Both the position numbers and the translations under genes were made by a program. A DNA stretch of 49,142 bases, from contig JABLTG010000148.1 of NCBI GenBank assembly GCA_016618085.1, forward strand, positions 1-49,142, read 5' to 3'. Shown here one piece after another: positions 24,904-35,931 of this stretch. Below the pieces are notes generated by a model. That model had not been told where the DNA came from. It did no database searches and saw only the letters and a list, made by a program, of their open reading frames with translations. The stretch comes from Neovahlkampfia damariscottae. Its lineage: Eukaryota. Every line of letters starts with the position of its first letter. Position 1 is the first letter of the stretch.

Positions 24904-26519
24904 ATGCTACAACTAGTTGTGAATTTTTTCGTTTACACGCTCATTTTTTTGTTCTTTATATTTATAGTTTCAGTTTCAAAGAAGCTTTACAAGCGCTACA
25001 TTTTTTATGCTACCATTTCAAGACTGAGTAAAAGTAAAAACCTTAAAGTCATGGAGTCAACACCTTTTAACTACGGCTTTGGTGGATTCTTTCAAACCAC
25101 TGGACCTGCAACAGCTTTTGAATACATGAAGAATTTCAATAACTACAAAACTTCAGTTGTCTTTGAAGATAGTTTATTGAATGGATGTAGACAAAAATAT
25201 AATTCTGACAATTTTTTAGTTGTTTTAGTTAATGATCCAGAAGGTGTTAAACAAGTTGCAGTTCAAAAGAAATTACCAAAAGCTGCTTTGTTGAAAACTT
25301 TGTTCACAGAAATACTTGGTTCAGGTTTGGTGGCTATTGAAGGAGATGTTTGGAGAAGACACCGCAACTTAGTTGCACCTTCATTTTCAGGTAAGAATAT
25401 GAAGAAAATTATGAAGCAAATTTTTTCCGAAACTGAAAAACACCTTGATGAACTTGAAAAACACAACGAAAATTTATTGTTCAATAATTACACAGATGAA
25501 GTGAGTGAAATCACTTTAAGAGTAATTTGCAGTGTCGCATTTGGTAATGATGATGAAAATATCAATGAATTGTCTTCAGATTTTAAGAATTTATTAACAA
25601 CTGGATTTCCAATTTTAGCTGGAACAATGATGTTTGGAAGTATTTTTACAAAACTTCCAATTCCAATCAATTTTAATTTCCAAAATGCAAAAAAGATAAT
25701 GAATGACAGAGTTAATAAGATTATTGAAAAAAGAAAATTTGAAAGTCAAAATCAACAAGATTATAAAGAACTATTGACAACATTGATCAATGCCAAAGAC
25801 GAAGATGGAGAAAATTTCAATGATCAAGAAATTTTTGATGAAGCAATGACATTTCTCTTTGGAGGACATGATACAACGTATGTTTGTTTAAATGCTAATT
25901 TCTCAATAGAGCTTCCATTCTTGGTTATTTTGTTTACCAAATGGCAAAAAATCAAAATATCCAACAAGAAATTTACAAAGAAATATTAAAAGAAACAAAA
26001 GAATCAATTGATTATGAACATGTGTATGAATTGAATCTGTTGAATTGTGCAGTAAAAGAAGTTTTAAGAATGTCTCCTCCTGCTCCATTTTTGAGTAGAG
26101 AGACAACATCTGATGAAGAAATCAATGGATATGTTGTTCCAAAAGGAGTTACGGTAAATATGAATGTTATAGGGATTCATTACAATCCAAAATATTGGGA
26201 AAATCCAGAAGAATTCAATCCAAGAAGATGGGAGAATATTGATGAAAAGAAACTTCGTTATCAATACTTTCCATTTTCTGCTGGACCAAGAGAGTAAGAT
26301 TGAAAATATCTAATGAATTCTAGTTGTGTTGGAAAGAATTTAGCAGTCTTAGAGTCAAATATCATTATTATGATCTTATTATCAAAGTACAGAATCAAAT
26401 TTCCAGATAACTTTGATCCAAGTATCATCAAATTTGAAGTTGGCATCATGGCCAAATTGTCAAACCTTTCAATTCAGTTCGAAAGAAGAAAAGAACAGCA
26501 TAAAATTATTGTGAAATAA
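24904..26519 (+). CDS. Cytochrome P450 (CYP4/CYP3-clan-like), 2 introns
   Basis: WRRHR, FGGHDTT, EVLR, PEEFNPRRW and FSAGPRDCVG (heme Cys just after an intron). Confidence 0.95.
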
Positions 26520-26669
26520 TAAAATTGAATGTTCACCTTTACATTGCAATCTCCGTTTGATTTATCTTGTAAATTCTTCATTCAATATTGGTGTTCAAAC
26601 AATTTGAATCGACTTATCTTGTTGGAAGTGATAATTTGGAGTTCGAATTCCATCAAAATTTTTATTTTT

Positions 26670-27606
26670 TTAAAGTCCTTTGATTTCATTTGACATAAAC
26701 TTAATTTTCTTTTGAACTTGTTCAAAAGCAGAAAGAACAATTTCATGTGGTTTTAAAGCACCTGTTGTTTCAACAGTAAAAATGAATTCATTTCCTTTTT
26801 GTGTTCTCTTTTCTTTTATTGAAACTAAATCTCTTTTATCCATATCTTTAGCTTTAAGTACACATTCTTGACAATATGTGCAACCTTCTAAATTTTCAAT
26901 TTCAACTGAATCTGTTTTATTGTTGTAAAGAAATACTTTTGTTGGACATGAATTTACCCAATCAACTTTTTGCTCTTTTGTTAATTCACTCATTTTTGAA
27001 TGATTAATTTTAATTGAAGGAATAGTTTGAACAGCTACTGTTGCTACAGGCGTCCATTTTGCGTGTTCTTTACCAACTCCTTTTTTCGCAATACATTTTA
27101 GTTTAATTTCTTGACCTTTGCTTAATTTATTTATCAAAATGAAATTATCAGGTTCTTGTTCATTTGTTTGACAATCAATTGGAACTACATTTTTGTTTGA
27201 AGAAATTAAATCCTTGGTTGTAACTTCTCTTGAATCTGTATAACATTTCACATGAAGTGATAATTCAACAGAACATTTTTCACATCTATCTCTACATGAA
27301 CAATCCTGTTTTTTTTTAATGTTTTTTTTTTCTTACTCTTGTTAGTTCCATTCTATCAACTTCTGAAGACGTAAGTGGAATCAACCCAAGACGATGTGAC
27401 AAAAATTCATCATTCAAGACTGATGTGTTTTGTTCAATTTCAACTAAATCAACTGCCATTGTAGGAACTTCAGCTATCATAACACGTCTGTTTTTTTTTA
27501 AATTTTTTTTTTTTCACCTCAAAGCATTTGCGTAACTTGTGTCCACATTTTTCAGAAGAAATACAATTTTTTCATTGTTTTGTTCTTTGACTTCGATACT
27601 TTGCAT
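26670..27606 (-). CDS. RPB3: RNA polymerase II subunit RPB3, 2 introns
   Basis: [48 protein letters not shown] and FTVETTGAL. Confidence 0.93.
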
Positions 27607-27804
27607 TGAGAATTAGTTGTGTTGGTCAAAAACAGTTGAAGCCAAAAAAGATGGAAATTTGATTGGTCAAACTCTTTGTGAAAATAATAACAACTTCTCT
27701 TGTTAGATTTAGACAATTAAGTTTTATAGACTTTTACAAGATTCACAATCTAATTCAGAAATAATTAAGGCTCACCTTATAAAAAAAAGCAATGATTGAA
27801 GTCG

Positions 27805-27896
27805 ATAATGATCAGTGATTGGGTTCAACTTGTTTGAACAACGTTATTTAAACAGTTGTTTAAACATTTTGTTTGAACCCAATCACTGATAATGAT
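27805..27896. mobile_element. 76-bp hAT-type MITE (27813-27888) with 8-bp target-site duplication
   Basis: Perfect 16-bp TIRs CAGTGATTGGGTTCAA / TTGAACCCAATCACTG flanked by identical ATAATGAT at 27805-27812 and 27889-27896. Confidence 0.8.
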
Positions 27897-28055
27897 CCAT
27901 TAAATTATCTTTTTCTATTAAAATGAGTTTCAAAACACCAAAAATGAATAGGATTGACTCTGCTACAAAGATTGGAGTAAAAAAATGAAAAATAAAGAAA
28001 CCTTCATTTTGACCAATCATACTGAAACGCTTGTTGAATACCAAAAGACAAACAG

Positions 28056-29906
28056 ATGAACAACGCAGTGCAAATTATTCTCTTGTTGATTATATTTCAG
28101 ATTCTAAAAGTTGAATCTTCCTGTTCATCAACAAGAAAATTTTTCAAAATTTGTGAGAAAAACAAATCATCTAAATTCATTTATTAACAGATGAACCACC
28201 ACATATTTCAATTGACTTTGGACAAACTAAATCATGTGTGGCTATATATCAAAATAAAACTGTCAACATCCTACTCAACAAGAACGGTAAAAAATGCATT
28301 CCTTCCGTGGTAGCTTTTAAACAAAATGGAGATATTCTAATTGGAGAAAAAGCAAAAAATCAATCTCTTTTAAACCCATTAAACACAATTTATGACATAA
28401 AGAGTCTCTTAGGGATAACGTACAATATTTTATTGAATGATTAAATTTTGAAATAGTTATTCAGAAGCAATTAGCCTTTCCAAAAGGAATGATTTACCTT
28501 ATAAGATAGTAAATATAGGTGGGAAACCAATTATATCAGTAATTATAAAAGGAAAAGAGAAATATTATTGTGTGGAAGAAATTGCTGCATTGATTCTAAA
28601 AGAATTGAAAGAGATAGCGCAGGAATATTTGGGTATAAAATTTCAACATGCTGTTATTGGTATCCCAGAATCTTTCAACTATGACAATAAGGATTCACTG
28701 AGAGATTCTGGGACTATAGCTGGATTAACTAATATACTATATATAGACGAATCTCGGTTAGTGGCAGAAGCTTATGATATCGATAATAACTTAAAAAAAA
28801 CAAATGTTATGGTATTAGATATCGGAGACACTTTAGCTGTGTCTCTTTTGCAATTCGAGAAATACCACTTTAAATCAGTTCTTTCAACTTCCAGGAATTC
28901 GCGTTTTGGTGGAAAATTTTTTGATAAACGAATTATGAAGTTCTTGAGTTCTAAAATGGAAAAGAAATTTGGAAAAGGGATATTAGAAGATAAAATGGTT
29001 CTCCAAAAACTTAAGTACGAAACTGAAATGGCCAAATTCAAGTTATCAGAAGATATTTCAACCATGATCAAAATTTCAAATGTGGTGAAAGGAAAAGATT
29101 TCAGTTATGTACTTTCAAGAGCAAAATTTGAAGAATTAAATAATGATCTATTCAGAAAATTGATCAAAACGATTGAAAAGACATTAATAGATTCAAAAAT
29201 TCAGATACATGATGTTCATGAGTTTATTTTGACAGGTGGATCAGCAAACATTGAGAAAGTTCAACAAATCATCAAAGATTTCTTTAAAGGAAAAGAACCA
29301 ATGAAAGGTATCTCACCAGAATATGCTCATATTTATGGGGCCACTATGGCTTCTGGTTTGATCTTTGGAGATCCTAGCATTCCAGTTACACCTGCAGATT
29401 CTTATGGTTTAATTGAACCATTGAGTTTAGGAATTGCAACCACAGGAGGGATAATGAGAACATTCTTCAAAAGATTTGATCGCTTCACTCCATTTACCAC
29501 TATAACAAAGATGTTCACTACTGACACAGATAATCAAGAGAAAGTTTTGATTGAAATTTTTGCTGGTGAAAGAATCAGAACCAAATTCAATCATCCATTA
29601 GGTCAATTTGAATTGTCTGGCATTCAAAAAGCTCCAAAAGGAGTTCCAAAAATAGAAGTTACTTTTCAATTTGATCAAAATCGAAGATTAAATGTTACAG
29701 CTACAGTTTTGGAAACAGGGAAAACTAATAGCATTGTAATTAATTGTGACAGATTAATTTCACAGAAGATAATGATAAAATTATTTGAAGATGCTATTAA
29801 ACATGAAGATGAGGTTTGTAAACAGAAAGAAACATTTGAGTCAAGAAAGACATTTTCAATATCAGGCACATTTGAAGTTCCAAAAGAAATGACAATGAAA
29901 GTGTGA
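28056..29906 (+). CDS. Divergent BiP/Hsp70-like protein with signal peptide, C-terminally truncated, 2 introns
   Basis: SIDFGQTKSCV, IPSVVAF, LSRAKFEELN, LTGGSANI, PLSLGI and APKGVPKIEVTF. Lid largely absent and no K/HDEL. Confidence 0.88.
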
Positions 29907-30114
29907 AACAATGTTGAATTTATTAGTCATTTTTGGATAATTTAATGCCAGACGTTTTTGAATTGATTGGAATAGAACAAAAGATACAAATCAGTTCATT
30001 TCTGAGGAAGAAAATATCAAATTAGTTAATTATTTTGAATGTGCAAAGGGCAATTTGAAAATAAGAATCAAATAAAAAATAGATGAAGAAATTGACACAA
30101 AAATTTTTAATTTT

Positions 30115-31290
30115 TTACCATCTGGTCTTTGAGGGTTCTGTTGTCAATGAAAAATAATTCTCTGGTTTTCTACAATAATCTAAAATGAATTCCCTTGCAC
30201 AAATGCATTTTGGAATGAATTTTTCTCCCGAACTCTGTTGACAAAACAAGTTATAATTGTACTGTTTCTTAATTCTCAATTCAAATAAACTAAAATGATA
30301 CCAACCAGTTGCAAATGGATCATGATCATTCGCTGTTTTATGAATACCTTTTATATGCTTTACATGTCCAATAAATGCATTTGGTAAAACAAAAATTCTT
30401 TTTTTCTGTGCAGCTAATTCATACATATGTGAAATTTTATCATTTCCATAATCAAAAATTGGATCAAATTTTGTCATATTCACGTGTCCAATAATATAAG
30501 GTTCATACAAAATTTGATATTGAACTTCATAAGAATTTTTGGTTGTATTCCATTTTGTAAAATTTGTGTATTTTTGTGCTGGATGATTTGATAATAAAGC
30601 ATTTCCTCTCTTACATGTTTCATAAAAGTTATTTAATTTACAATGATGAGAAATATCACATTCACAATTCCAATGAAATGTTGGAACAACTAAAACACCT
30701 GTATTATCTATTATGTGATTGAAGTGGATCGATCTAGAAAATCTTTCAATTTCATATTCAATATTTTCACTTGGTATAAAATCAACATCTAAAATGAAAA
30801 CATAAGGTGTTTCAACAGCTTCCCAGGCTATATTCCGTAACAGGTTTATTGGATATCTTGGATAATTCTCTACTTCAACAAAATGAATATTTACATTCTC
30901 CAAAATTTTAGGATGAACTATTTTCAACCATTCAAGCGATAATGTGACATTTTCAAATTTTCTTTTGTAAATTGAACAACTTATTGGTCCTTTATAAGTT
31001 TCTGAAAGCAATTCAAGTCGGTTAAGACGCTCCTCTGAAATTTGAGTTACTATTGTGTATTGTGATAGTATATTATCTGTTGAAAATTGTTTTGTGAAAT
31101 AATTTTTGTTCACGTTTTCAAAAATTTTTCTTGGAAAGTATTTTGGTGTCATTGTGAGTCTCCAAATCACAATAAACACTATATTTGTCCATATTAACCA
31201 TATGAATATCAGTATTCCACAACAAATCAAATTTCTTTTTGTACACCAGTTATCACAAGGGTCTTCTTCAATCAAAATTGAGTAAACCAT
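30115..31290 (-). CDS. GT49 (LARGE/B4GAT1-like) glycosyltransferase, type II membrane protein
   Basis: TIVTQISEERL, GPISCSI, YPINLLRNIA, LDVDF, YEPY, GNDKISH and VLPNAFIGH. Confidence 0.88.
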   Translation of the reverse strand: MVYSILIEEDPCDNWCTKRNLICCGILIFIWLIWTNIVFIVIWRLTMTPKYFPRKIFENVNKNYFTKQFSTDNILSQYTIVTQISEERLNRLELLSETYKGPISCSIYKRKFENVTLSLEWLKIVHPKILENVNIHFVEVENYPRYPINLLRNIAWEAVETPYVFILDVDFIPSENIEYEIERFSRSIHFNHIIDNTGVLVVPTFHWNCECDISHHCKLNNFYETCKRGNALLSNHPAQKYTNFTKWNTTKNSYEVQYQILYEPYIIGHVNMTKFDPIFDYGNDKISHMYELAAQKKRIFVLPNAFIGHVKHIKGIHKTANDHDPFATGWYHFSLFELRIKKQYNYNLFCQQSSGEKFIPKCICAREFILDYCRKPENYFSLTTEPSKTRW

Positions 31291-31735
31291 TTTGATTGGT
31301 GAAAAATGGTAAACTCCGATCAATCACCACCATACTTGTGATTTTTGATCACATCTCAAATCTAAGTTGAAGAAGCGAATGTCAGTTGAAAAACAACAAG
31401 GAAAATGAAGTATTTTTATGTTATTGGCGGAAAATTAAAAGAACCCATAAATATTTTTTTATTTGAAGAAAATGAGATAAATTAATCTATTCTTACAAAA
31501 ACTTAGAATGATTAAGAAAAGTTTATCCCTATCGGAAACGGATGAAGAGGAACAAACTGGTAACTTTATTTCAATGACTCTATTTTTTGGAAATATTTCT
31601 ATTTTTGATTCAACACTTCCGAAGAATAATTTATTTTTTCTCATTCTTTGTCGCAATTGATCTAAATGCAACTGTAAATTGTCCAATGAACAAATATCAA
31701 TCATTCCACCAATTAAAAACACCACAATTAACGGT

Positions 31736-32470
31736 ATGTCCAAAGACAAAGACTCGGTCAAAATAACTCTTGTTGGATCTGAAGGTAATTAAATCAACCT
31801 TTAAATATTAGGTGTTGGAAAATCTACAATTATCAGTACTTATACCAAAAAAACAGAAGTTCCAAAATACCATGAAAAGTTTTGTTTTTTTGACTCATTA
31901 AAAATATTTAGTTTCAAACACGAAGTAACATACGAAGAAAAACCTGTTTCTCTCCATTTTTTTGATACGACCGGAAAAAAAGTTTTTTGAAAGTATAACT
32001 AACTATTTTTTTGTGACAGGGTTTTGATCCACAAGCTCACGTTGATTATCCAAAAACTGATTGTTTTTTGTTAGTTTTTAATTTTGAACAAAAAGAAACG
32101 TATGATCATTGTCAAGATGTTCGTGTTTTTTAAAGTTTTTAATTTTTATTTAAAGTGGAATCATTTGATCACAAAACATGTTTTTGATGTTCCTATAATG
32201 TTAGTAGGAACACACGCAGATACAAAAGATGAAAATAATAATGACCATGTAAAAGTTGATGATGCTGAACTGATGAATAAAATGATTGCTTCAAAAAAAT
32301 TAGTAATCCTAAATTCATCAGATGAAAAGGCTGTCTCTGTAAATTTTAATATTGTTAATTTATTGTTTTTTCAGGAATTGATTGAGGAAGCAACAAAACT
32401 TGCAGTTGAAAGTAAATTGAAAAAAATGGCTGCTGGAGGTAAGGGTAAAAAAGATTGTTTGATGATGTAA
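31736..32470 (+). CDS. Divergent Rho/Rac-family small GTPase, 5 introns
   Basis: LVGSEGVGKST, FDTTGKK, YPKTDCFLLVF, MLVGTHAD and C-terminal CAAX CLMM. Confidence 0.85.
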
Positions 32471-32577
32471 AATAAATATTTCATTAATCTCTGAAATTTA
32501 TATCTGTGAAAAATTGGAAAAAATATTATTTTTTTCCTGGTTTTTCATTGGTGTTTTTATTCAACCAATAATTAAGA

Positions 32578-32826
32578 ATGAGCACAACAGTTGTTTATAA
32601 AATCCCAGATATGATGTGTGAGTAAGTTTCGGAAACATTACTAACTTGGAACAGTGGATGTCAAGGCTCAATAGAAGAAGTTTTAAAAAAATCAGAAGGT
32701 TATAAATCATCTTCTTTTGATCTTGAAACAAAACTTGTAACAGTCAATGGAGACGATAAATTTGATAAAATCAAAGTGTGTAGTGATATTAAAAGTGCTG
32801 GGTATGATCCATCAATCCAACAATAA
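32578..32826 (+). CDS. Heavy-metal-associated (Atx1/CopZ-like) copper chaperone, 1 intron; absent from the ORF track
   Basis: Spliced product MSTTVVYKIPDMMCDGCQGSIEEVLKK...DIKSAGY (MxCxxC). The intron contains TACTAAC. Confidence 0.9.
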
Positions 32827-33173
32827 AATAAAACTTTTAAAAAACGAGTTACAAGGAATTAAAACTAAAATTGAATGATAGATACTCTTACATAATAAAC
32901 TCAATAACATTCACTCAAAATTTATTGACCGATTGAAATTCTCATATGCATTGAGAACAAATGTTGAAGTTGATTTATATCAACAAATTTCATTTTACTA
33001 TAGAAAAACATGTTCAACTAAAACATCCTGATGCAATATCCATCCTTTGAAATCAGGGAAATTATACTTCGTCACACTGGTGAGGAAATTGACCTTTTGA
33101 TTTTAGAATATCTTCGATTTACGTCGTTGGTAATCTCAATGAAGTCACTAAAATTACCAGAATTAATACATTT

Positions 33174-34103
33174 TTATTTGATTCTTATCCAACATAATTC
33201 GTTTTTGTTATGAAATAAATGTATCAATTTTGAGTTTGAAAATGATATGAACTCATTGAGAGTTTTTAAATTTTCTTCAGTCAAAGAATCACCTTTGAAC
33301 TTAATTGTAACGACAAAATTTTCACAAAAATCAAACGATAACCATTTCTTTATCATTATTAATAATTTTTCTGGTTCACAAATAATATCTGAAAAGAACC
33401 AATTGATCTTTCCGAATCTATTAAAAATTTCTGTTGGTTCAATTTTGAAAGCATCTCTTTTTTCGAATACAAAATTTTTTAAATCTAAATGTACATTTGA
33501 TTTATCAACACTGTAAACATTTGTCCTCAAAATATATGAAAGTACAAATGACCATGATCCAGGTGATGATCCAAAATCAACACAAAATTCTCCTTCTTTT
33601 GGATATTTATTTATCAATGTTAATGCTTCAAATAGTTTCAAATATGCTCTTGAAGGTATTGATTTATTCTCAATAAAATTAATTTCTCCGTTATTTGAAA
33701 TTTGATTAGAAAATATTGAAGAACCAACAATATTAGTTTCTTTGTCAATTAAAAAATATCCAAAATTAAATTTTTCAACCCTTTTTGGTGGAAATTTCAA
33801 ATTTTCAAATTTGAATTTTTCAAAGTTTTGTTCAATTTTTTTTCCTAATGCATTTTGGTTTGATGGAAAAAAAATCCAGTTTTCTCTTTCCTCCTTCAGT
33901 TTTTTAATTGTTTTTTCAATTGTTTCATGTTTAAATGAGAAACAATTTGACCATATATTCTGTGTAAATGGATAAACAAGAGGTAGAAGTTTTGCATCTT
34001 TTTTCAGAATGATATAATTAGGTGTTTGGAATTTAATATCTGATTTTTTTATACTCTTTTGAAGGTCTCTTAAAAAATACTTTGTTGGTATTAACACCTT
34101 CAT
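33174..34103 (-). CDS. FtsJ-fold RNA 2'-O-methyltransferase, RlmM-like
   Basis: PSRAYLKLFEA, VDFGSSPGSWS, FSDII, VTIK and HNKNE (K-D-K-E tetrad); intronless. Confidence 0.82.
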   Translation of the reverse strand: MKVLIPTKYFLRDLQKSIKKSDIKFQTPNYIILKKDAKLLPLVYPFTQNIWSNCFSFKHETIEKTIKKLKEERENWIFFPSNQNALGKKIEQNFEKFKFENLKFPPKRVEKFNFGYFLIDKETNIVGSSIFSNQISNNGEINFIENKSIPSRAYLKLFEALTLINKYPKEGEFCVDFGSSPGSWSFVLSYILRTNVYSVDKSNVHLDLKNFVFEKRDAFKIEPTEIFNRFGKINWFFSDIICEPEKLLIMIKKWLSFDFCENFVVTIKFKGDSLTEENLKTLNEFISFSNSKLIHLFHNKNELCWIRIK

Positions 34104-34155
34104 CCTTTTTCTTTTCAATGGAATGAACCAATCAAACACAAAATAGAAATATAAT

Positions 34156-35193
34156 TTATTCAATTGATTTTGACAAATAATTCAAAATTTCTGAACATTT
34201 TCCTTCAATTTTAAAATCACAAAATGAATCCGCTCTTGTTTCACCAATATTAATGATTGCAATTGGAACATTATGTTGAAGAGAATACTTCAAAAATCGA
34301 AATGAAGAAAATACTTGTAGACTTGAACCAACGACTAAAAGACCATTTGTTTCATTTAAAATCATATTCTTAATAGAATCAACAATATCATTTCCAACAC
34401 TTTCACCAAAAAATACAACATTTGGTTTCAAAATTCCATTACACTCAATACAGTTTGGTACATGGATTTCTTCATATTTGGTTGTTTCACTCAATTCAAC
34501 ATCTCCATCCGATCTTTTCTCATATATATTATGTTCATTCAAAAATCCTTCATTATGCATCTCCAATCTTTCTTGGTACTCTTTTCTTGATGTTATTTTT
34601 CTGCAATCCAAACAGATGATTTCATGATTACTTCCATGTAAATTTATCACATTTTTTGATCCTGAAGTTTGATGTAACTCATCTACATTCTGTGTAATTA
34701 TATTTTTTATTATATTTTTGTCTTGAAGATGTTTTATTGCATGATGTCCTTCACTGTGAATTTTAATGACATGATATCGTTTTCTTACTTTGGTTTGACA
34801 ACTTTAAATAATCTATAACCGATCATATTTCTTGCCCAATATCTTTTCCTGTTTTTTTCAGATGAAATATATTCTTTGAACTGTTTTCTTGAGTGTTAAA
34901 AATCCACTTACAAGTATTGGACGATGACCTTTTGAATATGATCCATTCGGTGAACGATAATCAGGTATACCAGATTCAGTACTTAAACCTGCTCCAGAAA
35001 TTACAGTTATTGGTTTTTTTGATGTTATAAACTCTTTTAATTTATCTAAATCTTCAATTGATATATTTTTTGATGGATTTGGGACAATTCCATCTTCAAA
35101 TATTCGAAATTTGCCCTCTTTTGATTCATGGTATGGTGTATTATACAATTTAGTTCGTTTAAATATTCTCGGAGTTTTTAAGAATTGTTTCAT
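34156..35193 (-). CDS. Class II sirtuin (SIRT4-like), 2 introns
   Basis: SGAGLSTESGIPDYRS, RYWARN, ITQNVD, LHG, two CxxC, LKPNVVFFGE, GSSLQVFS and NIGETRAD. Confidence 0.93.
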
Positions 35194-35300
35194 CCACAAC
35201 ACAACAAAATTTTCAAAATGATCCAATTGGACAGAAATCCTACTTTCTATATTCACAAATTAATCTTTGAACATGAATTTCAAATGTTAATATAACTTTT

Positions 35301-35729
35301 TTATTTCATTTTTTTTTCAAAATAATCCCATTTTAATAATTTTCTTTGTAACACTTTCATTTTATTTCCCCATTTTTCTTGACCTTCCTCTCTAAATTTT
35401 TTTCCTTCATTTTCGAAATATTTTTCTAATTTTTCTTTTGATTCATTATAGTAATGAATTGAAACTAAGTCAGTTTCATTTTTATGTTCATTTAATTCAT
35501 CAAAGTATAATCTAGCATATTTAAATCCATCACAAGCAAGAACATCATGGATATGTTTTGTTTTCAACCATTCTAAAAATTCTGGGGTTGTAGATTTTTT
35601 TATTTCTTTTTTTATTTTGTTTTAGTTATTTTTTTTGAAATCACCTAAGTTATTCACCAGAACATAGTTATGTTTAGAATAGAATTTTGTGCAATTGTTT
35701 AGAACTTTTCTCACTGAACAACGAAACAT
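35301..35729 (-). CDS. DUF4286-like protein with N-terminal presequence, 1 intron
   Basis: EFLEWLKTKHIHDVLACDGF...Y..ESKEKLEKYF...FREEG..KWG pattern recalled for DUF4286. Confidence 0.7.
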
Positions 35730-35931
35730 GTGATAAATTTTGACCAATAAATTTGATTTTTCCTTTTTTGAATAAAATGAATTCATTCAGAATCTCAGTC
35801 ATAAAGAATATTTAAAGAACAATTATTAGAAAATGTAAAAATATGTTTTCTTTTCAGGTGACGATAATTAGATACATTCACTTTATTGTTAAATAATTCA
35901 ATTCAATATTTCATTCTTATTTGAGACATTT

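Noticed and set aside
26636..26654. GGAGTTCGAATTCC B-box/T-arm-like motif
   Set aside because: No cloverleaf or A box around it.
31459..31761. 100-aa minus-strand ORF and similar antisense ORFs in the track (e.g. 6067, 18021, 28772, 33247, 41342)
   Set aside because: Mostly non-ATG starts, overlapping well-supported genes or their promoters, with no motifs.
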